From IMG/VR virus record IMGVR_UViG_3300043185_000109, positions 1 to 30,130 of that record: 30,130 nt of DNA. One strand, 5' to 3'. The DNA is from a virus (Duplodnaviria; Caudoviricetes). A model generated the notes under the pieces. It saw only the letters and a program-made list of their open reading frames with translations. It had not been told where the DNA came from and did no database searches. This document shows positions 1-7,967 of this stretch, piece by piece (positions within the stretch are counted from its first letter, which is position 1; the number at the start of each line of letters is the position of its first letter). The position numbers and the translations under genes are program-made.

Positions 1-203
1 GAGCAGAGATTCGTGAAAAACTCCGCCGTTTCCCGCGCGGGAAACGGCCAGTCGCGCATAGAAAACAATGTAAAGAAGTTAATGAGAAAGGAGGCGGCGA
101 GCAGGCTGAGCAGCCACTGCACGCCGGTCTGACGCATGTGCCAGGCGCAGCCCCACCAGCCAAAGAAGGCCGCTAGCGACACCACCATCTCAAGGTACAG
201 CAT
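1..203 (-). CDS. Membrane protein, truncated at the window edge; probably part of the lysis module
   Basis: Manually translated from ATG at 203 (MLYLEMVVSLAAFFGWWGCAWHMRQTGVQWLLSLLAASFLINFFTLFSMRDWPFPARETAEFFTNLC...). Two hydrophobic segments, AAGGA upstream, 7 nt after the stop of the holin-like gene. Absent from the ORF track because it is truncated. Confidence 0.65.
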   Translation of the reverse strand, partial: MLYLEMVVSLAAFFGWWGCAWHMRQTGVQWLLSLLAASFLINFFTLFSMRDWPFPARETAEFFTNLC

Positions 204-210
204 GAGATTG

Positions 211-522
211 TTATTCCTTTCTGAAGAGTCGCGAGCGGACCAGCTCAACGATATTGATGGTGTTGACCCAGGTGCGGAGTTTGAGCAGGAGCAGGTTGCC
301 AAGAAATCCTCCAAGATACAAACACGCGCCGATTGCGTAGGGCGAGGATATCGCATAATACTCACACGCGGCAGGCACGAGGAAGACGGAGAATCCGGCG
401 CCCGAAAGCAGAATCGTCGCCTTTTGTCGCCAGGAAATATCCTCGCTCAGCATCGCGCTCGTGAGAGCGCCGAACACCGACGCGGCGATTAGAAATTGCT
501 CGCGGTCGACGCGGTCGAACAT
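211..522 (-). CDS. Putative holin (103 aa, about 3 TM segments)
   Basis: Three hydrophobic helices (FLIAASVFGALTSAML; ATILLSGAGFSVFLVPAAC; YAIGACLYLGGFLGNLLLL), basic C-terminus, position after the tail genes. Confidence 0.6.
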   Translation of the reverse strand: MFDRVDREQFLIAASVFGALTSAMLSEDISWRQKATILLSGAGFSVFLVPAACEYYAISSPYAIGACLYLGGFLGNLLLLKLRTWVNTINIVELVRSRLFRKE

Positions 523-523
523 G

Positions 524-829
524 TCAACAACCCTTCACTCTGAGCTTTCCGCAGACGGTCACGAGCGCGCCGCTCTGGCTCGTCGGACTATCGCACCGCA
601 CGATGTAGGTCTTGTCTGCCAGGCCGCCGGAAAATTCCGCTTGCACGATCTTATTAGAGCTGCCAATCACCGGGGCGCCGACCGTCACTTCACCGGGCGG
701 CGTCACGGCAATACTTGCCGTTCCGCTGAGCGTCTGTCCGGCAACGATATTCGGGTGCTCCGTGAAATCGAAATTAAAGAGCACCTTATTCTCGATATCA
801 TATTTTTCTAGCGTGATTTCCAGCCCCAT
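524..829 (-). CDS. Small Ig-like virion protein (fibre-tail adaptor-like)
   Basis: K-D...FNFDF...SGG...Y.V.C pattern recalled from ~100-aa phage fibre adaptor proteins; AAGGA SD; 1 nt from the next gene. Confidence 0.55.
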   Translation of the reverse strand: MGLEITLEKYDIENKVLFNFDFTEHPNIVAGQTLSGTASIAVTPPGEVTVGAPVIGSSNKIVQAEFSGGLADKTYIVRCDSPTSQSGALVTVCGKLRVKGC

Positions 830-847
830 ATTGTTTCCTTTTCTTGT

Positions 848-1189
848 CTACATGATCGTTCCGTGGCGATGCTCCCGCCAGGTATCCGTTTGCGCGGGCG
901 CTCGTAGTAGGGCTGTGCGTCCATGATTGTGCCAGGTTGGTACGACGCCAGCAATGAATATCAATGTCGGCGGCGGCATGAGCGCGCCGATCCACCCGGA
1001 CTGTGACTCGGCAGTCCGTGGGAAGCGAGAGTCTCGCGTCCGCTGCCGCGCCGCGTCTTGGAGCTGGACAATCCCCGCCCAGAGCGCCGGGTCCATCACG
1101 ACGGGCGGCGGCATGAGCGCGCCGATCCAGCCCTCTTGCGCAACGTGCGAACGAGGGAAAGATCGGCGTTCTACTCTAAGAATAGACAT
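848..1189 (-). CDS. Hypothetical protein with an internal duplicated motif
   Basis: 113-aa ORF in operon orientation; FPR-x5-Q-x-GWIGALMPPP occurs twice. Confidence 0.6.
   Translation of the reverse strand: MSILRVERRSFPRSHVAQEGWIGALMPPPVVMDPALWAGIVQLQDAARQRTRDSRFPRTAESQSGWIGALMPPPTLIFIAGVVPTWHNHGRTALLRAPAQTDTWREHRHGTIM
969..1129. repeat. Exact 26-bp direct repeat GGCGGCGGCATGAGCGCGCCGATCCA (969-994 and 1104-1129)
   Basis: Read directly; 135-bp period keeps the reading frame. Confidence 0.9.
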
Positions 1190-1251
1190 GATCTATGTGC
1201 AGCTTGCACATCAAAGCACCAGCGTGCTGGCGCACTCCAAAAAAATCAGAC

Positions 1252-1728
1252 CTAGGGTTCCCACCAGTGCACGTCACCAGAGACTTTACCCGCGGCGCTG
1301 GAGATCACCAGCGCGCCAAAGCTCAGGTGCGTTTGTCCACCGTCGGACTCGTAGCCTTCCCCCTGTGGTACGCCCCACCGCATTCCTCCATATTGGCTAA
1401 AACCGAACAAAGTAAAGATATTGGTCTCGTAGGTGATGGGTTCAGCGGAATAGGAGATGCCAGCCGTAAGCTGACTTGGGCTGGAGGCTTGTTTCATTCT
1501 GGTCGGCGTTGGCGAAGCTCCGGGCGTCCCAGCGCCAGAGTTACTGAGAAAAGCAACTTTGCATTCATGCTGTATGCCCGGCACCGTGGGAGGCGGCGTG
1601 ACGCCAGACCCTGTCATAATGACTTCAACTACCTCGAACTTTTTTCCGGTCGCGCCGATGATTTTTGCGGCGGTTTTATTGGCAGTTGAGGTCGCAAAAT
1701 CGCTGAACGCTACTGAAAACTTGCCCAT
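1252..1728 (-). CDS. Hypothetical beta-rich virion-type protein (158 aa)
   Basis: G/S/T-rich beta-sandwich-like sequence; start overlaps the upstream stop (TAATG). Confidence 0.7.
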   Translation of the reverse strand: MGKFSVAFSDFATSTANKTAAKIIGATGKKFEVVEVIMTGSGVTPPPTVPGIQHECKVAFLSNSGAGTPGASPTPTRMKQASSPSQLTAGISYSAEPITYETNIFTLFGFSQYGGMRWGVPQGEGYESDGGQTHLSFGALVISSAAGKVSGDVHWWEP

Positions 1729-2006
1729 TATCTTCTGTCCTTCCCTGGCTGATGCAGCCAGACGTAGATTTTACTTGGCAGTTTTGCCAGCGCCGTCCCG
1801 ACGAGAGGCGTACGGTATGCACCATATTTGATTGTGAGACCGCAACGCCGGCAGCGCCGACGGTAAACGTACACGTCTAATTGATGGTGGGCTTCGGTGT
1901 CGGTGTCTACCTCTATTTTACATCGTGAACACCAGTCCAATCCGAGCGAGCTAAACGGGTTTCCCCCTACTTCAGTTCGCGTGTGATACCATGGAATTTT
2001 ATCCAT
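1728..2006 (-). CDS. Small putative Zn-binding protein (92 aa)
   Basis: CSRC...CRRC pair; overlaps both neighbours. Confidence 0.65.
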   Translation of the reverse strand: MDKIPWYHTRTEVGGNPFSSLGLDWCSRCKIEVDTDTEAHHQLDVYVYRRRCRRCGLTIKYGAYRTPLVGTALAKLPSKIYVWLHQPGKDRR

Positions 2007-2670
2007 ACACTCTCCCGATCATGCCGCCCGAGGCCGAGAGTTGCGCGGCGGCAGGGGCAAAAACGGTGGCCGAGGCCGGGACGCTTTCCAGCAGAAAATC
2101 ATCTATCTTCGTGCCCGCCAGTCCGTTCCCGTTGATGAAAATCCCGGCGCGGGTGTTCCCCGCCAGGCTGTCGTCGGTCACATTAAACTTTTCTACACCG
2201 TTGACGGTCACACGTATTTTGTCGTCCCCATTATGGATATGCAACACGACAGTGCAGAAGGTTGCCGTAGCAACCCCCGAGTCGACTGCCGCAGCGAGAC
2301 TCGTGCGCGTCCCCGCGACCTCCTTGATAAGATGGATATTCGCGTTACTACCGGAAAACCACTCCAGGTGCGTCTCAATCGCATTGTCGAAATCACTGCC
2401 GCTCATGCGTCCCGCTATCCCGGCTTTGCGGTTCGCGACCGCCGAGACCTTGAGTCTGGCGCTGACCACCATTGCGTCGGCGCCGACATCGGTGCTGATG
2501 CGCGCGTACCAATCCGAGGTGCCGGTGGCCGTCACCTCGTCAATGGTCGCATTGATGTCGATCGTCGTGCCTTCCTCCGCCCACGAGCCGGTTCCGCCCG
2601 GCGTCGGGGTGTGATCGGTAATAGCGACATTGCTCGCTTCAACGAAGGTATCTTGGATGAGTGTAGGCAT
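1999..2670 (-). CDS. Lectin/concanavalin-like beta-sandwich protein, probably virion-associated
   Basis: D-T-F N-terminus; ...IRVTVNGVEKFNVTD...AGI...IDDF pattern of ConA-like folds; 2 nt after the sulfatase stop. Confidence 0.6.
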   Translation of the reverse strand: MPTLIQDTFVEASNVAITDHTPTPGGTGSWAEEGTTIDINATIDEVTATGTSDWYARISTDVGADAMVVSARLKVSAVANRKAGIAGRMSGSDFDNAIETHLEWFSGSNANIHLIKEVAGTRTSLAAAVDSGVATATFCTVVLHIHNGDDKIRVTVNGVEKFNVTDDSLAGNTRAGIFINGNGLAGTKIDDFLLESVPASATVFAPAAAQLSASGGMIGRVYG

Positions 2671-2672
2671 GT

Positions 2673-3866
2673 TTATCTCGGCTGGACGGCAATCAGCGGC
2701 GCCGGCACGCGCTGGTCATACCACGTGCGCGCCTTCGGCCAGAGCATCATTTTCACGGCTACCCCCTCGGCGGTCGCGCCAATGTGCGTGTAATGCTCCT
2801 GCGGATCAATACCGATATTCCAAACCTGATTGGGTGAAGCAGATAAGGTCGGCGCATAGACACGGTAGAGGTCGCCATTTATCTCCTGCTCGATACAGAG
2901 CAGGCTCTTATACGTCTCACACGCATACTCCCGCCATTGGCCGTGTCCGCCGTTTTCGCAGAGCGAACGAAAGCTCATCGTATCGAACGTCGGTGCGTTA
3001 GCGGGTAACGGCAGCTCGGCGAAATCCAGAATCGTCGGGTACATGTCTGCCTGTGACACCAATGCGCGAGACCGCCAGCCTGACGGGATTGTGGGGCCGT
3101 TGATAATGATGGGCGTCCGCATCCCGTCGTCGCGGTGATTGTACTTGCTCTGGTCAAGAAGATTTCCGTTGTCCGTGAGCACGATAACGACGGTGGTGGT
3201 GCGGAGTCCGGTTTGGTCAAGGAACGCCACCGCTTCGCCGACGCGCGCATCGAACCAGGAGACCATGCCAAGGTAGCGTTGCGCCTCCAACTTGCTGTTA
3301 CGCAACGCGCCAAACGGCAGACTCGCGACCGCTTGAGCAGAGATGCCGTCGTAGAGCGCCTTGTATTGCGCGGGCGGCGTGTAGGGAGAATGGGGGAGAG
3401 GCATCGCGGCAAACGCCACGAACTGCCGGGCGTGGGCCTGACAGTCGCTCATGAACGCAAGCAACGGCTGGATGCCGTTGGCGTCGCGTGCGAACTCCCA
3501 ATCCATGCCGCCGCCGTGGTCGGTGAAGGCCGTCTCAATGCTCCCGCGCCACCACTTGCCTCGATGAAACGTGCGCCAGTCCGGAGCATGGGCATTGAGA
3601 GCGGTGGACCAGAGCGAATACGAGTTGACAATGTCCGAGGTCCGGATATCGTGCTGATGCAGCCCGGTCATCAGCGAATCAATAGACTGTTCACAAACGG
3701 CGGCGCAGGCGTGTGAGTGCTCGAACAAGCCGCCCCCCGCTGCTAGCGCGTCCATGTGCGGCGTAAGTGTGACCCCCGCACCCTGCATGTATGAGGCGAG
3801 ACAGGGCTGCATGTAACCGGCGTAAGGCCAGCCGTGGTCGTCGGAGTAAAGTAGTAAAATGTTCAT
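2673..3866 (-). CDS. Sulfatase-like hydrolase (alkaline phosphatase superfamily)
   Basis: NILLLYSDDHGW, TPHMDALA, AVCEQSIDSLMTG (canonical CxPxR-x4-TG position), GKWW, PHSPY, WFDARVG, LTDNG, K...GMRTPIII, VSQADMYPTILD, DPQE. Start placed at 3866; 3890 is an alternative. Confidence 0.9.
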   Translation of the reverse strand: MNILLLYSDDHGWPYAGYMQPCLASYMQGAGVTLTPHMDALAAGGGLFEHSHACAAVCEQSIDSLMTGLHQHDIRTSDIVNSYSLWSTALNAHAPDWRTFHRGKWWRGSIETAFTDHGGGMDWEFARDANGIQPLLAFMSDCQAHARQFVAFAAMPLPHSPYTPPAQYKALYDGISAQAVASLPFGALRNSKLEAQRYLGMVSWFDARVGEAVAFLDQTGLRTTTVVIVLTDNGNLLDQSKYNHRDDGMRTPIIINGPTIPSGWRSRALVSQADMYPTILDFAELPLPANAPTFDTMSFRSLCENGGHGQWREYACETYKSLLCIEQEINGDLYRVYAPTLSASPNQVWNIGIDPQEHYTHIGATAEGVAVKMMLWPKARTWYDQRVPAPLIAVQPR

Positions 3867-3925
3867 CTCGTTGTCTTCCGCGCCATCCATGGCCCGTACT
3901 GCATGGTAGAGTTGAGCGCCTGTTG

Positions 3926-3950
3926 CGCGCCCAGGCTCTGCCTGGGCGCG
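3926..3950 (-). other. GC-rich hairpin between the 129-aa gene and the sulfatase
   Basis: CGCGCCCAGGC-AGA-GCCTGGGCGCG, 11-bp perfect stem, no U-tract. Confidence 0.7.
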
Positions 3951-3955
3951 GGGGG

Positions 3956-4345
3956 TTATGTTCCAAAGCCGCGTAAAAAACGTCCGACCGCTTGCGCCGC
4001 GCGCACGCCGCGTTTGCGCTCCACGTCGTGCTCGATCTCGTATTCTTCGCCGTCGATCTCGACGAGGCGGCGCACAGACCAGCCGCGTTCAGGATCGTAA
4101 CGGAACCGCACGGCGCCAAGATGGTTGACGATGTCGTGCATGTCCGCCGAGTCGATCACCGCATCGAGATCGAGCACAACGTGGTGCGGCGCCGCATTGA
4201 TCACTGGCGGTTCGCCCGTCCCGACCGAATGAACCGGCGGGAGCGAGGAAAACACTTGACCTTCGGGAAGCGCGGTCTGATTCCATGCCCACACGGCCTT
4301 CCCCGTATCCGGATCTATCAGTACACCTCGTCTCGGTAAGTTCAT
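3956..4345 (-). CDS. Hypothetical protein following the tail tip gene (129 aa)
   Basis: ORF in operon with AGGA upstream; no recognised motif. Confidence 0.7.
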   Translation of the reverse strand: MNLPRRGVLIDPDTGKAVWAWNQTALPEGQVFSSLPPVHSVGTGEPPVINAAPHHVVLDLDAVIDSADMHDIVNHLGAVRFRYDPERGWSVRRLVEIDGEEYEIEHDVERKRGVRAAQAVGRFLRGFGT

Positions 4346-4358
4346 CCTGTGAGTCCTC

Positions 4359-6896
4359 TCACCAATAGCGGATGACGAACGTCCGCGTCCGGTCCCCCGC
4401 TACGTTATTTTTCAAATTCAGCGTACACACGGACGTTGTGACATTCGCGACGCACGCTTGCACCGCGCCATCCGTCCCTTCGGCGAAGTGCGAAACCACC
4501 ACCGGCGTCTTGGCCAGCGCCGGGCTAAAGTTGAAGATCGCCTGATTAAAGTTGTTGCCCGAGACGGTAACCTCACTGCTCTGCGACAGCATATCCTGCC
4601 GTTTGTCCGTATCTACTTGATCGTTGTTAATATCGTTAGTCGCAACGCGCGGCACGGTGCGACTGGCGGTGCTCGAAAAACTTCCGGCATTCTTGCTCTT
4701 ATCCAGCGCCCGCACGCGCACGTATTGCGTCGCGCCGTTGGTCAAGTTGGTCAACGGCAGCTCGTTGCTGTCGACGTGGAAGGTGCGCAGGTTGGTGGAG
4801 AAGCCCGAGTTGTCCGCCACGTCGACTTGATAGCGATCGAAATCATTCACGGAGGCGCTGAGGTCATTCCAGGCGGCGCGAATGCCGCGCGGCGGGTGGT
4901 CCGTCAGGGTCAGTCCGGTCACCTGGCCCGGCGCCGTGGTGTCTCCCGCAGCGACATGGCCGGTAATCTGCGCTACGAGCGACAGCCTGGCGGACGGATC
5001 ATTCGCTCCGTTATATGCGTAGCATTCCAGTGTGTAAGTAATGCCGGGCTGCATCTCCAGCGTACAGGGTACATCAACTTGACTGAGGGAAACGTTAATC
5101 GCGGTATACGGAGCCTGGACGGCGCCGGCAGGAACCGCACGGAACCAGAGTTGACTAACATTCACGCTCGGAGCGGTCGCCTTGACCGGTTGAAGCGTCT
5201 TTGCTTTACCATCGCCAGCGAGCAGAATCGTTGCCGAGCCGTTCAGGGCGAACCCCGTCGGCGCTGCCGGCAGCGTCAGCGAATAATCCGTCACATAGTT
5301 TGCGGTCGGCGCCGCTTCGACGGTTCCAGGGGTATACGTAAAAATGGCGGCATGATAGCCGCCCAGCGCGATCGTAATGGACGCCTGGATATTTCCGTCT
5401 TGATCTCTGGTCCCGCGAAAACCGAGTTGACGAATCTCGTAGATTTCGTCGATCGCAAGGTCAGGCGAGTTAAATCGCACGAGTTGCCCAAGCGAGAGCG
5501 ATTGCGCCACCCCCATTTCCGCCGAACAGTCGACCCGTTTATCGAGATAGTTGAGTCGCTTCCAAAGGTAGTCGCATTGCATGTCGAGACTGGCGGCGTC
5601 TCCGAGGAACGGATTTTGAATCTCCTTGACCGCGCCTTTCCGAGTCGAGTCTGACCGACTCGCCTTCAGCAAGTAGGCGCCGGCGCCCTGGAAGCCAGGC
5701 TGAAATAAACCGAACAGATTAAACTGCTTGACTTGGTTACTGAGCGGGTCCAGCGGCACGCTGATCGAAGGAAGCAGGACGTTGTTCCACTGTCGATCAT
5801 CCGCTCCGAGAACGATCGACGCATTGGTATGAGCTGCCGCGCTATCGACGGTGATGAGGTACTCGCCGGCGCTGTTCTTGTCCAAGACCGCGCCGTAAAG
5901 CAGCAGAAGGGAGAAGAGGTCTCCTGCCGGTTCACGGCGCGTCAAGCCACCCGCCACAACCATCCCCACAGTCGTATACGCCGTCGCCGCCGTCGAAAAC
6001 GACGAGGCATTGACGGCCTTGCCGAGACCATAATTAGTATCACTCAGCAAGAAGTTTATAGCGTTCGCCGGATTCACGAACTCCGTGGCTGTCACGGTCG
6101 CCTGAATCTTGAAGGGCGTTCCGTTCGGGTCCGTTTGCGCTCTCGCAAAACGAATCACGTAGTAGCCAATCGGCGATTCAATCAGCGAGTATTCCGCATT
6201 CTGCACCACCCGTCCGTTGCGATAGACGGCATTGACGACGAGCGATCCCGTCGCCGGTTTGCGGAAGGCGCCATAATCGTATTGATTCGTTCCGGTCTGA
6301 CAGCGCACCAGTGAGACTTCGCGCATCTCGCCGAATACGACGAGGATTGGCATGTCCGTGTCATTCACATTGGAAATATCGGCACTCGGGTAGATGTCGA
6401 GTACTCGGAGTTTCGGAAGTAGTTCCGTCAGCGTCTCCGTATCCGTGGCGCTAATGGTCAAGTCCGCCTCGACAATTGACAGCCTGAGATCCTGGATAGT
6501 TCCCGTCAGGTCGAAAAGATCGGTTGCGGTATCGAGGTCTCGTATCCGCGCTCTGGCTGCGTTACCTCTCAGCTCTTGCGCCGCCTGGATAAACGAGAGA
6601 AGGGGATGGGTCGCATGCCCACCGGGAAGGGTGGCGCCCGCGCCGGACTCGGCTCCGGAAGCCAGCGCCCCGGCTCCGAAGCCGTCCGTTTCTTTTGCAC
6701 CGGAGATATTCGAGACACGTATCCGCACCGTGCGGTTCGGCATGATGCCCGCAAAGAGGTCCGGCAGCTCACGAGTGAACTCAATCGGCGCCAGCAGCGC
6801 ATCATAGTAATTGTTTATTTCCTCATGAAACTGGTCGCTATACCGCAGCGTTTCAAGAGACGAAAAGAGTTCAACGAGTGAGACAAGGCGGTTCAT
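4359..6896 (-). CDS. Tail tip / central fibre protein with fibronectin type III domain(s)
   Basis: 845 aa downstream of the tape measure; PILVVFG and NPA...FLLSD..YGLG hub-type motifs; FN3 pattern DTTAPGQVTGL...AAW...Y.V...YVRVRALD..N.G.FS. Confidence 0.8.
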   Translation of the reverse strand: MNRLVSLVELFSSLETLRYSDQFHEEINNYYDALLAPIEFTRELPDLFAGIMPNRTVRIRVSNISGAKETDGFGAGALASGAESGAGATLPGGHATHPLLSFIQAAQELRGNAARARIRDLDTATDLFDLTGTIQDLRLSIVEADLTISATDTETLTELLPKLRVLDIYPSADISNVNDTDMPILVVFGEMREVSLVRCQTGTNQYDYGAFRKPATGSLVVNAVYRNGRVVQNAEYSLIESPIGYYVIRFARAQTDPNGTPFKIQATVTATEFVNPANAINFLLSDTNYGLGKAVNASSFSTAATAYTTVGMVVAGGLTRREPAGDLFSLLLLYGAVLDKNSAGEYLITVDSAAAHTNASIVLGADDRQWNNVLLPSISVPLDPLSNQVKQFNLFGLFQPGFQGAGAYLLKASRSDSTRKGAVKEIQNPFLGDAASLDMQCDYLWKRLNYLDKRVDCSAEMGVAQSLSLGQLVRFNSPDLAIDEIYEIRQLGFRGTRDQDGNIQASITIALGGYHAAIFTYTPGTVEAAPTANYVTDYSLTLPAAPTGFALNGSATILLAGDGKAKTLQPVKATAPSVNVSQLWFRAVPAGAVQAPYTAINVSLSQVDVPCTLEMQPGITYTLECYAYNGANDPSARLSLVAQITGHVAAGDTTAPGQVTGLTLTDHPPRGIRAAWNDLSASVNDFDRYQVDVADNSGFSTNLRTFHVDSNELPLTNLTNGATQYVRVRALDKSKNAGSFSSTASRTVPRVATNDINNDQVDTDKRQDMLSQSSEVTVSGNNFNQAIFNFSPALAKTPVVVSHFAEGTDGAVQACVANVTTSVCTLNLKNNVAGDRTRTFVIRYW

Positions 6897-6897
6897 C

Positions 6898-7776
6898 TTA
6901 TGCGCTCGTCACCGCTTCCCAGGCAGAAGCGCCACGGACATTCAGTTTATTGGTTGTCGTATTAAAGATGAGTAGTCCGACGTTGGGAGAGCCAATCGCG
7001 TCGCGTTGCGTGGTCGTCATGCGCGGGGGGAGAAGCCCCTGTGTGGTGCTGTCAATCTGGAATCGCGCTGTGGCGACTGGTGCGCCAGCGCCGACCAGCA
7101 TACTGCCGTCCGGCGTTATGCGAAGCCGCTCGACCGAGTTATCTCCGGCGTTCGTATAGAGCCGGAGCGAACCTTTAAGGGGATTGGCGCCGCCATCCTC
7201 GATGAATCCCAAAATCTGCGCAACCTGATTGGTACTGGAGCTTGCGGCCCCGTTGTGGGTGAGAAAGAGCAGCCGGGTATCCGCTCCAACGGATTCCGTC
7301 ACACGGCTGACCAGGTAGCCCACCGCCTCAAAAGTATGCACCGGCGCCGTGAGACCCAAGCCGAGGTTTCCCTCATGCGTCAGCCGCATTTTCTCGGTGA
7401 GCGCATTCGAGGTGTAGGTCAAGAAGGCAAGGAAGCCATTCGCAAAGGTTCCACTCGAGAAATTGCTTGCAAGCAGACTTCCCATCGGTTGCGTGGCTGA
7501 CCGGCCAAGACTAATAGAGGCGGACTCGGCGCTGTTTGTCCCATTGCTGTTGTAGACCCATAGTCCCGTGAGATTTCCACTCTGGCTTTTCGCAATGACT
7601 ACGGGATGACCGGGGGTTGCCGTCCCGATCCCCAGCCGCTCATTTCCTACGTCAACGCGCAGTACGCTGAAACGGGTATCCAGTATATCCAAATTCGTGT
7701 TGTATAGCTCCCGCCAGCCGACGTGGCCGAAGTCCGGCTTGAACATGCTGAGCGTCGTGGTCAACGTATAGCTCAT
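6898..7776 (-). CDS. Tail fibre-like protein
   Basis: N-terminal KP...W...NTNLDILD anchor; fibre repeats RLGIGTATP, EKMRLTHEGNLGLG, ERLRITPDGSMLVG; C-terminal GLLPPRMTTTQRDAI..P..GLLIFNT. ATG at 7776 overlaps the upstream stop (ATGA). Confidence 0.75.
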   Translation of the reverse strand: MSYTLTTTLSMFKPDFGHVGWRELYNTNLDILDTRFSVLRVDVGNERLGIGTATPGHPVVIAKSQSGNLTGLWVYNSNGTNSAESASISLGRSATQPMGSLLASNFSSGTFANGFLAFLTYTSNALTEKMRLTHEGNLGLGLTAPVHTFEAVGYLVSRVTESVGADTRLLFLTHNGAASSSTNQVAQILGFIEDGGANPLKGSLRLYTNAGDNSVERLRITPDGSMLVGAGAPVATARFQIDSTTQGLLPPRMTTTQRDAIGSPNVGLLIFNTTTNKLNVRGASAWEAVTSA

Positions 7777-7967
7777 TCGTCCACCATCCAAGTCAGTGTT
7801 TGCGGGTCGAGTTCTTTTTCCTCTCGCCCGTACTGCGCCGCGAGTTCTTTTACTTTGGCGTTGAGTTGCATTTCATAGATGATGCTCTGTAGCTTATGGT
7901 TCTCCGTGCTGAGCTGCAAGATGCGCACGGCAAGGTGGTCGAGTTGGGTGAGCGGCTTGGGTGTCAT
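7773..7967 (-). CDS. Small coiled-coil hypothetical protein (64 aa)
   Basis: Exactly fills the gap with start/stop overlaps on both sides. Confidence 0.65.
   Translation of the reverse strand: MTPKPLTQLDHLAVRILQLSTENHKLQSIIYEMQLNAKVKELAAQYGREEKELDPQTLTWMVDE

Noticed and set aside
969-1129. 26-bp repeat as CRISPR, att site or DGR template/variable repeat
   Set aside because: Only two in-frame copies inside an ORF; no adenine-specific mismatches, reverse transcriptase or integrase seen.
4458-5654. 398-aa plus-strand ORF and the many other plus-strand ORFs between 136 and 27289
   Set aside because: All but the last overlap well-supported minus-strand genes and have the Arg-rich composition of off-frame translations; 27071-27289 runs through the iteron repeats.
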